From an uncultured Candidatus Nemicrothrix sp. (GTDB lineage: Bacteria > Actinomycetota > Acidimicrobiia > Acidimicrobiales > Aldehydirespiratoraceae): DNA of 64,000 bases. Location: the NCBI GenBank assembly GCA_964504305.1, contig CAZDEB010000001.1, positions 233,826 through 297,825 of the forward strand, written 5' to 3'. Position numbers and translations under genes: made by a program. The notes under the pieces are model-generated. The model had not been told where the DNA came from, did not search any database, and worked only from the letters and a program-made list of their open reading frames with translations. Below are positions 1-9,332 of the stretch, in pieces (position 1 is the stretch's first letter; the number at the start of each line of letters is the position of its first letter).

Positions 1-296
1 TCTGACCCCGGCGAGGGCGGGATGGTGATGCGACCGCATTCGCGCCCATAAGGCGACTCGCCGCTGCATGCCTCGGGGCTGACCTCGAGTGGAATCTGAC
101 GGGGAGGTCGCCCTTCGGGTGACTGGTCGAGGGCCGCACCGTGCACGGGCGGATCGGGCAACGAATTTGCTCCGAACGCCGGGTCGATGGTCGGATCGTC
201 GTAGCGAGACGCCAACTCTTGAGGGCTGATACTCGAACAGGCCGACGCCAATAGACCAAGCACAGCAACCCAAGCCAACACGGTTTTCCTGCTCAT
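1..296 (-). CDS. putative lipoprotein, N-terminal part only (gene runs off the window start)
   Basis: Manual minus-strand translation from ATG 296..294 (or 299..297) stays open to position 1. It reads MSRKTVLAWVAVLGLLASACSS..., a signal peptide plus lipobox (LASAC). It is absent from the ORF track because no stop lies inside the window. Confidence 0.45.
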   Translation of the reverse strand, partial: MSRKTVLAWVAVLGLLASACSSISPQELASRYDDPTIDPAFGANSLPDPPVHGAALDQSPEGRPPRQIPLEVSPEACSGESPYGRECGRITIPPSPGS

Positions 297-298
297 CA

Positions 299-2179
299 TT
301 GGCAGTCTACGAGGGGCTTGTCGGGCGGGTCGGTACCATTCCGGCGGTGATTACACGGGACGATCTCCGCAACGTGGCGATGATCGCCCATGTTGACCAC
401 GGCAAAACAACACTGGTCGACGCTCTGCTGCGTCAAGCTGGTGCCTTTCGCGAAGGGGCCGAGCTGACCGACCGCGTCATGGATTCCATGGACCTCGAAC
501 GCGAGAAGGGCATCACCATTCTCGCCAAGAACACCGCCATTCGGTACCGCGACTACAAGATCAACATTGTCGATACCCCAGGCCACGCCGACTTCGGGGG
601 AGAGGTCGAACGGGCCCTCACCATGGTCGATGGTGTGATCCTTCTTGTCGACGCGTCGGAGGGCCCGCTGCCTCAAACCCGCTTCGTGCTACGCAAGGCT
701 CTCGAACTCGAACTTCCGGTAATTCTTGTGATCAACAAGATCGACCGGCCCGATGCTCGTATTGCCGCGGTTGTCGACGAGGTATACGAGTTGTTCCTCG
801 ATCTCGACGCCGACGAGTCGGCCATTGATTTCCCGATCGTCTACACAATTGCTCGCGAGGGTATGGCTACTCTCGATCCCGACCTTCCGGGCACCGACCT
901 CACCGCGCTGTTCGACGTGCTACTCGAGGCGGTGCCGGCACCGGTCCACGATCCAGATCACCCCATGCGGGCGTGGGTCACGAACCTCGATGCGTCGCCG
1001 TATGTGGGACGCATCGCTCGTTGTCGCGTTCAGCACGGCACGATTCGCAAGGGTCAGTCGGTTGCTTGGTGCCAGTCAGACGGAACCATCAAGAGTGCCC
1101 GAGTCGGCACTCTCACTGTTACCGAAGCTCTCGACCAAGTCGAGGTCGATTCTGCTGGCCCTGGCGAGTTGATCGGTATCTCAGGAATCGAACAGGTAAC
1201 GATTGGCGACACGCTGGCCGACCCCGAAGATCCGCGACCGTTCCCGGCCATTACGGTCGACGAACCCACACTGTCGATGACGATCGGTGTCAACACGTCG
1301 CCGTTGGCGGGGTCCGAAGGCAAGAAACTCACCGCCCGGCTCATCAAGGCTCGTTTGGATGCCGAGTTGGTAGGCAACGTCTCGATCCGGGTACTGACGA
1401 CCGAACGGCCCGACACGTGGGAAGTTCAGGGGCGAGGCGAGTTGCAATTGGCGATCCTCGTCGAGACCATGCGTCGCGAAAATTTCGAGCTCACCGTTGG
1501 CAAACCGGCAGTGCTCACTCAAGAAATCAACGGAACCCTTCACGAGCCGACCGAACGTCTCACCATCGACGTTCCCGAAGAACATGTGGGTTCGGTTACT
1601 CAACTGCTTGGCGCCCGCAAAGCCAAAATGGAAGACATGTCCAATCACGGCACCGGTTGGGTTCGCCTCGACTACGTGGTTCCCGCACGCGCCCTTATCG
1701 GGTTTCGTACGGAGTTCCTGACCGAGACCAGGGGCACTGGCCTGCTCCATCACATCTTCGAAGGCTGGATGCCGTGGGCGGGCGAGATTCGCACTCGGCT
1801 CAACGGCAGCGTTGTGGCCGACCGCACCGGTGACTCCACTGGCTACGCAATCGCGGCGCTGCAAGAGCGCTCGGCGCTCTATGTCGGACCTGGGGCCAAA
1901 GTTTACGAAGGCATGGTGGTCGGCGAGAACGCCCGCAACGAAGACATGGACGTCAACATCGTTCGCGAAAAGAAGCAGACCAATATTCGCACCCAATCAT
2001 CCGACGACACGATTCGCCTCACGCCCCCCAAGACCTTGTCGTTGGAGCAAGCGCTGGAAACGATCGCCGACGACGAGTGCGTCGAGGTGACACCCTCGTC
2101 GGTTCGGGTTCGTAAGACGATCCTCGACGCCGGCGAACGCGCCCGAGCACTCAAGCGAACTAAGAACCCTCGAGATTGA
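299..2179 (+). CDS. typA: translational GTPase TypA/BipA
   Basis: 626-aa ORF. G1 motif [24 protein letters not shown] and NKID are present, and the EF-G-like domain order is typical of BipA. The true start may be the in-frame GTG at 347 ([21 protein letters not shown]). Confidence 0.95.
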   Translation: MAVYEGLVGRVGTIPAVITRDDLRNVAMIAHVDHGKTTLVDALLRQAGAFREGAELTDRVMDSMDLEREKGITILAKNTAIRYRDYKINIVDTPGHADFGGEVERALTMVDGVILLVDASEGPLPQTRFVLRKALELELPVILVINKIDRPDARIAAVVDEVYELFLDLDADESAIDFPIVYTIAREGMATLDPDLPGTDLTALFDVLLEAVPAPVHDPDHPMRAWVTNLDASPYVGRIARCRVQHGTIRKGQSVAWCQSDGTIKSARVGTLTVTEALDQVEVDSAGPGELIGISGIEQVTIGDTLADPEDPRPFPAITVDEPTLSMTIGVNTSPLAGSEGKKLTARLIKARLDAELVGNVSIRVLTTERPDTWEVQGRGELQLAILVETMRRENFELTVGKPAVLTQEINGTLHEPTERLTIDVPEEHVGSVTQLLGARKAKMEDMSNHGTGWVRLDYVVPARALIGFRTEFLTETRGTGLLHHIFEGWMPWAGEIRTRLNGSVVADRTGDSTGYAIAALQERSALYVGPGAKVYEGMVVGENARNEDMDVNIVREKKQTNIRTQSSDDTIRLTPPKTLSLEQALETIADDECVEVTPSSVRVRKTILDAGERARALKRTKNPRD

Positions 2180-3233
2180 CCGGCAGAGATTTTAGCGAGT
2201 TGTTCAAATTGCTGCGCTGCCAGGTTGCTGGGCCGGCCTGAAGCAGTTGCGGCCACCGGCTGAGGGTTTCTTCGAAGAAGACTCGCCCTTCGAGGCGGGC
2301 GAGGTGCACTCCTAGGCAGAAGTGGGTTGCGATCCCGAACGATAGGTGAGGATTCGGGTCTCGCCGGATGTCGAAGCGATTCGGGTCCGCAAACACCTCT
2401 TCGTCGCGGTTCGCCGAGGTGTAAACCATCGCAACCTTGTCGCCCTTTGCGATGTTGGCATCGCCCAGTTTGGTGTTGCGAGTAGCGGTGCGGCGGAAGT
2501 AATGAAGGGGGTTGGCGTACCGCAAGATCTCCTCGACAGCACCCTGTATCAGCCGGTGATCGTTGCGTACGAGTTCGAGTTGATCAGGGTGTTGGAGCAG
2601 GCAGTACATGCCGCTCGACAACATGGTTCTTGTGGTGTCGTTGCCCGCGGTCACCAGTTGAACAAAGAACCTGGCAAAGTCGATGTCGGTCATCTGGTGG
2701 CCATCGAATGTTTCCGACAGCAACAAGTCGGTCAGATCGCCTCGCGGCGGTTGATCGCGGCGGACTGCGGCAAACGCCATCGCGTACATGGCCATTTCGA
2801 CGCTGGCCGATCCGCGTTCGTTGCCGTCGCCGATATCGGGATCCTGGCCTCCGCTGTTGCGTTCGGCCATGGCGTGGATCTTTGGCCAGTCCGACGCCGG
2901 CAGTCCCAAGAGTTCGCCCACTATCTGGCTGGGTAGTCGCGCGCACACATCGTGAACGAACTCGATTTCGGGTCCGATCGTGTCGGCATCGTCGAGAGTT
3001 CGGCGGGTGATCGTGCGTATTCGCGGCTCTAGTCCGGCAATTACTCGAGCCCGGAATCGTGCGGCGACTGGCTTGCGATAGCTGGTGTGTCTCGGTGGGT
3101 CCATTGCCAGCAACATGTCTCGCATGTTTTCCAAAGCGACCGGGTCGAGGTCTTCCAAAACGACCCCTCCTTCGGATGCACTGAACAGGTCAGGGTTCTT
3201 GGCGACCATGACCACATCGCGGTGCCGTAGCAC
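2160..3233 (-). CDS. cytochrome P450, N-terminally short relative to the family (possible pseudogene)
   Basis: Heme-ligand loop FGIATHFCLG, K-helix EEILRY and I-helix AGNDTT are present. The conserved P450 sequence continues in frame upstream of the GTG start (…LARLRLEAPVSWVELEDGSGYWAV) with no ATG/GTG/TTG before the TGA at 3327..3329. Confidence 0.8.
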   Translation of the reverse strand: MLRHRDVVMVAKNPDLFSASEGGVVLEDLDPVALENMRDMLLAMDPPRHTSYRKPVAARFRARVIAGLEPRIRTITRRTLDDADTIGPEIEFVHDVCARLPSQIVGELLGLPASDWPKIHAMAERNSGGQDPDIGDGNERGSASVEMAMYAMAFAAVRRDQPPRGDLTDLLLSETFDGHQMTDIDFARFFVQLVTAGNDTTRTMLSSGMYCLLQHPDQLELVRNDHRLIQGAVEEILRYANPLHYFRRTATRNTKLGDANIAKGDKVAMVYTSANRDEEVFADPNRFDIRRDPNPHLSFGIATHFCLGVHLARLEGRVFFEETLSRWPQLLQAGPATWQRSNLNNSLKSLPVNLEGS

Positions 3234-3326
3234 AGCCCAGTATCCAGATCCGTCCTCTAATTCGACCCAGCTGACAGGGGCCTCTAGACGAAGTCGAGCG
3301 AGGGTGGTGTGAAGCTTGCGAACCGT

Positions 3327-3704
3327 TCAGCCCAATCCTCGGAGATCAACCACGAACACCAGTGTCTCGTTGGGGCCGATCACGCCGCCGGCGCCTTGTT
3401 GTCCGTAGCCGAGCTCGGGAGGAATCGTGAGCCGTCGGCGACCACCGACTGCCATTCCCTGCACCCCTTGGTCCCAGCCACCGATTACCTCGCCACGGCC
3501 CAGCCCGAACGAAAAAGTATCGTTTCGGTTCCAGGAGGCATCAAATTCGAGGCCGGTAGACCACGAAACGCCGACGTAGTCGACAGTAACCTGCATCCCC
3601 GCCTTGGCCTCGGCCCCGTCGCCGACCACGATGTCCTCAATCGTGAGTTCGGTGGGTGCGGCGTTGTCGGGGATAGTGACGGTTGGTTTCGCGTCGGTGC
3701 TCAT
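3327..3704 (-). CDS. FKBP-type peptidyl-prolyl cis-trans isomerase
   Basis: C-terminal 125 aa of track ORF 3327..3965: MSTDAKPTV…VTVDYVGVSWSTGLEFDASW…GLGRGEVIGGWDQGVQGM…RRLTIPPELGYG…LVFVVDL, a typical FKBP core. ATG 3704 was chosen because it lies 12 nt after the upstream gene's stop (3716). Confidence 0.85.
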   Translation of the reverse strand: MSTDAKPTVTIPDNAAPTELTIEDIVVGDGAEAKAGMQVTVDYVGVSWSTGLEFDASWNRNDTFSFGLGRGEVIGGWDQGVQGMAVGGRRRLTIPPELGYGQQGAGGVIGPNETLVFVVDLRGLG

Positions 3705-3715
3705 GGCCCTGCAAG

Positions 3716-5119
3716 CTAGTCGGCGACCACCGTAGAGACGCGTAGGTGGACGGTAGGAATCCATACCGGTCCGAGCGGCGAGCTGATGGCCCGCATCCAC
3801 TGTCCGTTGCGGCGTCTCAGTGGCCCGCCTTCGAGCCCGGCCGCATTGCTGCGGAATCGGAAGACGCGGTCGCCGATTTCTGCTCCGGGAGGCACTCCTA
3901 CGATGTCGTAGATCCGGCGTCGCCGAGTGATTAAGCCCGGGCCGACCAGCAACGCGAACTGCCATGCCAAACCGCCGGCGACCGCTGTTGTTGGTACCTC
4001 CAGATCGAGCAGGACCTGAAACGTTTGGCGCACCGAGGTAACAACGGCGCTCTGACGGAGGCTTCCCTCTACTTTGCTGACCAGAGCGGGCGCCGGGCGG
4101 GCTGCAGCATTAGGCGTTCGGGACGCGACGGCCGCCACCAGTTGGCCGGGGTTGTCAAGGTCGACCATCAGTGGTGCGGCGCCGGTGTCGCTGGCGCCGA
4201 TCACGTAGGGGTTGATCGGGTCGCCGTCGGAATCGACCGCGAGGATCGCCGCGTCGCTGGTATCGATGACATCGATCGACACCGCGAAACTGGACCGTCG
4301 ACTTGGGCTGCCATCGTCGATTGCGGTTATGCGAATGGTTACCGGCTCTGGGGCCTGGTCGGCCGGGACTTCCCACCGAAGCACGCCGTCGCTGATGGTT
4401 GCCGACGTCGAGGACTGGGTTCGCCATTCGTGGGAGTTGGCCGGTTCGTCCTCATCGACGGCGGTGAACGTCAACTCCAGGGTCTTGCCGGGAAATGCGG
4501 TTCCCGTCGCCGGTCCTTCGATTGCGGGGGGTGAATTGGTCTCAGCGACGAGGAGGCGGGCGTCGATGCGCTGGGTGCTCTGATCGGCCCGTCGAGCCAA
4601 GATCGCGATGACGACGGTTGACCCGCCGGTGCTTTCGGGAGGTGTCCATTGCAGGATTCCTCCCGGAGAGATCGTGGCTCCGGCGGGCGGGCTCACGAGG
4701 GAGTAGCTCGCGGCATCGGTCTGGGCCACGTTCAACAAGACTGGTACGTGTTCCTCGCCGACGCCGTAGTAGACGAGAACGTCTCCCTCGAGCGCGACAT
4801 TGTCGGGCAAGGTGCTGGTTGTGGTGGTCGACGTCGGCGCGGGGCGACTGGTTGTGGGAGCGAACGTAGGTGGCGTGACGGTGGCGGGCGTCGTGGTTGG
4901 CGGGGCTGTTGTCGGTATCGAGGTTGTTGGCGCTGGTGTGGTCGTCGAAGGAGCGACGGTCGGGTAGGTCACCGGAATAGACGTCGTTGTAGTTGACGGC
5001 CCGGTCGACGGATATGTGGACGGTGGCGGCGTCGGGTTTCGGGCCGCGGCAGGCGAACCACCGACAGCAACAAGTCCCACAAGCAACGCCGTGGCCACGA
5101 GACCTGATCGTTGGATCAT
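3716..5119 (-). CDS. membrane-anchored Pro/Thr-rich surface protein with Ig/cadherin-like repeats
   Basis: It has an N-terminal hydrophobic signal/anchor (LVATALLVGLVAVGG), a roughly 90-aa P/T/S-rich linker, repeated beta-rich segments (…LQWTPPES…, …LRWEVPAD…) and a C-terminal TM (AVAGGLAWQFALLVGPGLI) followed by RRRR and a 70-aa tail. The start overlaps the upstream gene's stop (ATGA 5116..5119). Confidence 0.6.
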   Translation of the reverse strand: MIQRSGLVATALLVGLVAVGGSPAAARNPTPPPSTYPSTGPSTTTTSIPVTYPTVAPSTTTPAPTTSIPTTAPPTTTPATVTPPTFAPTTSRPAPTSTTTTSTLPDNVALEGDVLVYYGVGEEHVPVLLNVAQTDAASYSLVSPPAGATISPGGILQWTPPESTGGSTVVIAILARRADQSTQRIDARLLVAETNSPPAIEGPATGTAFPGKTLELTFTAVDEDEPANSHEWRTQSSTSATISDGVLRWEVPADQAPEPVTIRITAIDDGSPSRRSSFAVSIDVIDTSDAAILAVDSDGDPINPYVIGASDTGAAPLMVDLDNPGQLVAAVASRTPNAAARPAPALVSKVEGSLRQSAVVTSVRQTFQVLLDLEVPTTAVAGGLAWQFALLVGPGLITRRRRIYDIVGVPPGAEIGDRVFRFRSNAAGLEGGPLRRRNGQWMRAISSPLGPVWIPTVHLRVSTVVAD

Positions 5120-6360
5120 GACCGAATCGAGCCGACCGCAACCGCTTCAGATGCGAGGCTTTCGGCCAACGGAAACACCACTTCGAATCCGCCGCGATCG
5201 TCCTCGCCCAGCTGGGTAATGACCACGCCAAGGTCGGCGGCGAAGGAACGGGCCGACGCCAAATGGCGACCAAAAGCGGTGTCGACTGGCGAATTGAACG
5301 GTCGAGGATCGCTAATTTCGTTGGCTCGATCGATTACATCGCAGGTCGAAACTGTCACTTTGGCCAGTCCGTCCCGGCTGCTGATCTGGATCATCGGATC
5401 GCGGTTGTCAGCAATCGTCGCCAAGAGCGCGGCGACCATCGTGGCGAGCTGCTCGTCATCGGCAACAACGAGGGCCGACTCGCCGTGCACTGGGATCATC
5501 TCGAAGTGCTCGACTCGGTTAACCGCACTTGCGGCGGCCATTCGAAGATCGGTCGCTCGGCGCCGACGAAGGGCGCCGTCGGCTCCAACCCCAACCAATG
5601 CTGCGGTCTCGGCCAGCCGTTGGTCGGCAACTGCCGGTGCGACGTTGTGGGTGATGGTCGTTCGCAGTTCGCTCACAGATTGGGCGACCGCTCGAAGTTG
5701 GTTGTCGCGGCGTAGAGCGTCACGGTTCGCGGCAAGTGCGAGGGCTTGGCTCTCTATGTCGGGGCGGGTGAGCCCGCGGTATACGGCTATGGACAGAGTC
5801 GGGACAACGAACAGCAGAGCCAGGCCCGCGAGAGTGCTGAACCGGTTCAGGCGGTTCTCTGACGACTCCAATATCGAGGTCAGCGTGCTGCGAGAGAGAA
5901 CCTGGGCGTCGAGTAGGTCCTGGAAGGAATTTTCGACGCCGGCCACCTGGTCCGGAGCTGGTCGGGTGCCGGTCGAAATGGCGTCAGTCAAGGTGGTCAC
6001 CGCCGTTGTGAACGCTTGTGACTCGACCGGTGTGCGGGTGTCCAGCCTCAGGATCTCTACGGCGGCATCGATCTCGTCCAGCGATGGGGGAGTGGTTCCG
6101 TCGTTGACCGCGACCGCCGCCAGGATGGTCATCGTGCGGGCAACCGTCGCGGCCCGGATAGCTTCGTCGGTTCGACTCAAGGCGTTGGCGTCCCGCGATA
6201 TCGCTCGGGCCGAGCTGACCACCGAATTTGTCGCCGCGACCATCAAGACGAGAATGATGGCGGCCATTAACGCGATGACAAGCGACCGCAATTTGCGATC
6301 TCCGTTCAGTGCTCCGAGTCGTCGTGACCAGTCCCCTGGTTGTCGATCCACCAATTGCAT
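5116..6360 (-). CDS. two-TM sensor, degenerate histidine-kinase-like protein
   Basis: It has two TM segments flanking a roughly 130-aa extracytoplasmic region. The H-box-like VSELRTTIT has Ser where SHELRTPLT has the phospho-His. The C-terminal HATPase-like region has poorly conserved G-boxes. Confidence 0.5.
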   Translation of the reverse strand: MQLVDRQPGDWSRRLGALNGDRKLRSLVIALMAAIILVLMVAATNSVVSSARAISRDANALSRTDEAIRAATVARTMTILAAVAVNDGTTPPSLDEIDAAVEILRLDTRTPVESQAFTTAVTTLTDAISTGTRPAPDQVAGVENSFQDLLDAQVLSRSTLTSILESSENRLNRFSTLAGLALLFVVPTLSIAVYRGLTRPDIESQALALAANRDALRRDNQLRAVAQSVSELRTTITHNVAPAVADQRLAETAALVGVGADGALRRRRATDLRMAAASAVNRVEHFEMIPVHGESALVVADDEQLATMVAALLATIADNRDPMIQISSRDGLAKVTVSTCDVIDRANEISDPRPFNSPVDTAFGRHLASARSFAADLGVVITQLGEDDRGGFEVVFPLAESLASEAVAVGSIRS

Positions 6361-6511
6361 GCTGTGGTTATCGGCGGAGCGGATGCTCTACCCGTGGGCC
6401 ACTTGCATCTAATCAAAAGTGACCAGAGTCCCACCCACAAGGTCCCTTCTTGTTGTGTAGTTCGTCCCGAACCTATGCAGACCGATTGGTTGTGAGTCGA
6501 TAGGCCACTCA

Positions 6512-8062
6512 ATGCAGTCGCTGACACATGAGGATCGACCGACCGCCGGTAGAGCCGCGTTTGCGCGGTCGCTGTCGGCTGGCCGAGCCGTTACCTCTCT
6601 CGTGGCTGTCCTAGCCACACTGTCGGCACCGGTATGGCGTGAGCCGCTGGCTATCGACATCGTTGTTCTGGTGCTGGCGTCGGCCGGGGCAATCCTCGCG
6701 CGCGAAATCGTGCGTTGGGCCAAGCGGGTTGCTGATCGACCCGATCCGTCAATGATCATTGCCGACGCCGCGATGGCCGTGGCGCTACTAGCGGTCGTGG
6801 GCGATTCGGCCGGACCAGTCGGATGGATCGCCATGGTGCTCCCCGTTATGGAAGCGCTGGTCTGGAGTGGGGTGATCGCCGCGGGCCTTACTTGGGTCTC
6901 CGTCGGCGGTCTCTACGTGGTGCTGCGAACAATGGGCGGCGCCGAAACCGATGTTGTCTTGTTGGACTTGCTGGGTCATGTCGGTGGATCGCTGCTTATC
7001 GCGGTGCCGGCGTGGGCCGCCGGGACCGTTATTGCCCGTGAACTAAATTCTGCGGATCACACCCGTAATCGAGCCGAGGGGCGCGCTCGACAGATCGAGG
7101 CGCTGGCCAACGTCGGTCACCGACTTGCGAGCGCAACCACCCAAGACGAGGTGCTCGACCTGCTGGCGGAGTCCGGAACCGAACTCGGATTTGTCGCCGC
7201 CGATGTCGTCAGACGAGATGAGTCAGGGGTGTGTCACGTCGAGCGCCTTGCCGGGCGGTTCGAGGAGGGTCCACCTCGGGTCGAGTGGCTGATCGAAGAA
7301 GCGCGTGACCGTGGCGTGGCCTCGACCAATCGAAACCGTGACGTCCAGGCCCTTCATCGTTGCGGACTTCGGTCGGGGGTCGCGGCGCGGGTCACCGACA
7401 AAACCAGCTCAATTATTGTCCGCCTCTGGCGCATCGAGGATGCCCGCGACGGAGTCGACGACCGAGAACTAGCCCGGACCCTCGCCAACCAGGCCGCCGT
7501 TGCTTGGCATCACGCAGCAGTGCGTGACGAACTCGAAGGACGCGCTCGGACCTTGGCTCACGACGCATCCCACGATGCTCTTACCGGCCTGGCCAACCGC
7601 AATGGGCTTATGTCGTATCTGGACACTGTCGGTTACGAGATGCGTGGTCAGTTGGCCCTGTTGTACATCGACCTCGACGGGTTCAAAGCAGTGAACGACA
7701 CCCTCGGCCACGACGTAGGAGACGAAGTGCTCCGGGTTGTCGCTCACCGAGTCGGCTCCACAGTTGGGAGTGGCTTCGTAGCGAGGCTCGGCGGCGACGA
7801 GTTCGTTGTTGCCTTGGGCGTGGACTCAATCGATATGGCGGCCGGAATTGGCGACCGCATTGTGGCTAGCCTCGAGCACTCTTTCGAGACCGCGCCCGGG
7901 GCGATCATTAGTTGCTCGGTCGGTGTAAGTCTTGTGGCCAAGGACGCTGATGTGCATTCGATGATGCGTTCAGCCGATCAAGCAATGTATGCGGCGAAAC
8001 GGGCCGGAGGTGGGCGTGTCGCCGCTGCTCGGCCGACAGATAGTGTGAACCCCGCCACCTAG
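6512..8062 (+). CDS. membrane-bound diguanylate cyclase (multi-TM N-terminus, GAF-like middle, GGDEF)
   Basis: DALTGLANRNG…LLYIDLDGFKAVNDTLGHDVGDEVL…ARLGGDEFVVAL matches the GGDEF domain with an intact active site. The N-terminal 170 aa are hydrophobic. Confidence 0.85.
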   Translation: MQSLTHEDRPTAGRAAFARSLSAGRAVTSLVAVLATLSAPVWREPLAIDIVVLVLASAGAILAREIVRWAKRVADRPDPSMIIADAAMAVALLAVVGDSAGPVGWIAMVLPVMEALVWSGVIAAGLTWVSVGGLYVVLRTMGGAETDVVLLDLLGHVGGSLLIAVPAWAAGTVIARELNSADHTRNRAEGRARQIEALANVGHRLASATTQDEVLDLLAESGTELGFVAADVVRRDESGVCHVERLAGRFEEGPPRVEWLIEEARDRGVASTNRNRDVQALHRCGLRSGVAARVTDKTSSIIVRLWRIEDARDGVDDRELARTLANQAAVAWHHAAVRDELEGRARTLAHDASHDALTGLANRNGLMSYLDTVGYEMRGQLALLYIDLDGFKAVNDTLGHDVGDEVLRVVAHRVGSTVGSGFVARLGGDEFVVALGVDSIDMAAGIGDRIVASLEHSFETAPGAIISCSVGVSLVAKDADVHSMMRSADQAMYAAKRAGGGRVAAARPTDSVNPAT

Positions 8063-8141
8063 GGGCGGAAATGACCGGTCAACGGGGTACCTTCGAAGGT
8101 CGGTCACACCGAGTGACAACAGTTCTGAGGAGGAGACGACT

Positions 8142-8414
8142 ATGGCTACAGGTCGATCTAGCTTCGCTAAGCGCCAGCGAGATATGGCGAAAAAGGCAAA
8201 GGCCGCGGCCAAGCGCGAGCGAAAGCTCGATAAGGACGGTTTCGAAATCGACGACGCCGAAGACGCGGTCGAAGACACCGGTCCAAAAGTCTCGAACGAA
8301 GAAATCATGCAGCGAGTTGCCGACCTTCACGCTCGTTACGACGACGGGCAAATGGATCTCGACACCTTCGACGAGGAGAGAGCCAACCTGATGTCGATGA
8401 TGGTGATCGACTGA
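8142..8414 (+). CDS. small charged hypothetical protein (SHOCT-like C-terminus?)
   Basis: 90-aa ORF preceded by a strong SD (GAGGAGGAG, about 6 nt before the ATG). It has a Lys/Ala-rich N-terminus and an acidic C-terminal helix, EEIMQRVADLHARYDDGQMDLDTFDEERANLM. Confidence 0.55.
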   Translation: MATGRSSFAKRQRDMAKKAKAAAKRERKLDKDGFEIDDAEDAVEDTGPKVSNEEIMQRVADLHARYDDGQMDLDTFDEERANLMSMMVID

Positions 8415-8435
8415 TCGACCCCGGGGTCGCTGCGG

Positions 8436-9332
8436 CTAGCGGATTGTCTCCAGCGAGCCACCGTCGAACAAAGGTTCTATTTGTTGTTCGGCACGATCTT
8501 GGGCCAGTTCGGCGGGATTAGGCGATGTTTCGTCGTAACTCGCCGCTGCTTCGAGGGTGCCCCGCAGCAATCGGGCGTCGCTCGACGTGTTGAGAAATAC
8601 CCGGTTGTCGCTCAATACGAAGTTGACGGCTCGTTGTAGCGCGGCTGGGTCTTCGATGGGTTCGTACCACGAGAAGTGAGGGTCGTCCGGGCGAGCCCAT
8701 CGGCGACGAGCAATCGACTTGATTGTCTGCACCGCTACACCATGGTTGGCGCACAAGGTGTGCAACATTTCTACGTCGGCGGCGTAATCGGTGATTTCGG
8801 CCAGGCTGTGATTCCACGGCAACAGCACTGAGGCAAACGGGGCCTCGGCGAGGCTTCGAAGATGCATTCGGGCGATCCGCAAGCCGTGGCCGGTTACGCC
8901 AACGTGGCGGCAAAGACCTTCGTCACGAGCCTTGAACAGCGCCTCGACCGCACCACCCGGCGAAAATGACGTTCGCCATTCGTCTTCCTCGACAAGATTG
9001 TGTAGCTGAATCAGGTCGACATGACTAACCCCGAGTCGCTCAAGGGACCGTTCGAGCTCTTCACGAGCGGCGTGACCGGTGCGACCCCCGGTTTTGGAAG
9101 CCAGAAATACGCCGCGCCGGTGATCTTGGAGAAAGTCGTGGAGCCGGAGTTCGCTATCGCCGTACGACGCGGCCGTGTCGATGTGGTTGACCCCGAATTC
9201 GAGCATCGTAGAGAGAGTTTGATCGGCCCTTTCGGGTCTCATGACCGCCAACGCAGCAGCGCCAAAGATCACTCGGCTGCTGGTGTGGCCGGTTGAGCCG
9301 AACGCCATGGCGGGGACAGTAGGGGTACTCAT
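8436..9332 (-). CDS. aldo/keto reductase
   Basis: GVNHIDTAASYGDSE and related AKR motifs are present. The start was trimmed to ATG 9332 (MSTPTVPAMAFG…), which overlaps the engB stop (ATGA 9329..9332). Confidence 0.85.
   Translation of the reverse strand: MSTPTVPAMAFGSTGHTSSRVIFGAAALAVMRPERADQTLSTMLEFGVNHIDTAASYGDSELRLHDFLQDHRRGVFLASKTGGRTGHAAREELERSLERLGVSHVDLIQLHNLVEEDEWRTSFSPGGAVEALFKARDEGLCRHVGVTGHGLRIARMHLRSLAEAPFASVLLPWNHSLAEITDYAADVEMLHTLCANHGVAVQTIKSIARRRWARPDDPHFSWYEPIEDPAALQRAVNFVLSDNRVFLNTSSDARLLRGTLEAAASYDETSPNPAELAQDRAEQQIEPLFDGGSLETIR

Noticed and set aside
3234-3329. FKBP and P450 are in the same frame across a single TGA, which could suggest a second selenocysteine/readthrough fusion.
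   Set aside because: The TGA lies after a complete FKBP C-terminus. It is not in any redox motif, and an FKBP-P450 fusion has no precedent I know of. The same-frame arrangement has a 1-in-3 chance expectation. Loss of the P450 5' end is the simpler explanation.
3716-3930. The cytoplasmic tail of the PT-rich surface protein as a PilZ-like c-di-GMP receptor, which is attractive given the neighbouring GGDEF gene.
   Set aside because: An RRRR cluster is present, but the (D/N)xSxxG motif does not line up (…SNAAGLEGG… is off by one). The tail, at about 70 aa, is shorter than a PilZ domain. The evidence is insufficient.
3705-3965. N-terminal extensions of track ORFs, e.g. 3327..3965, 8436..9404, 27751..28953, 30584..32137, 39605..41338, 46513..47586, 49392..50378, 51505..53409, 55114..56235.
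   Set aside because: The extensions overlap the upstream gene and are basic low-complexity sequence. Internal starts that coincide with the upstream stop give canonical family N-termini.
8416-8429. The 14-nt perfect palindrome CGACCCCGGGGTCG between convergent genes as a bidirectional terminator.
   Set aside because: Without a loop it folds into only about 5 bp, and there is no flanking U/A tract. It is too weak to call.
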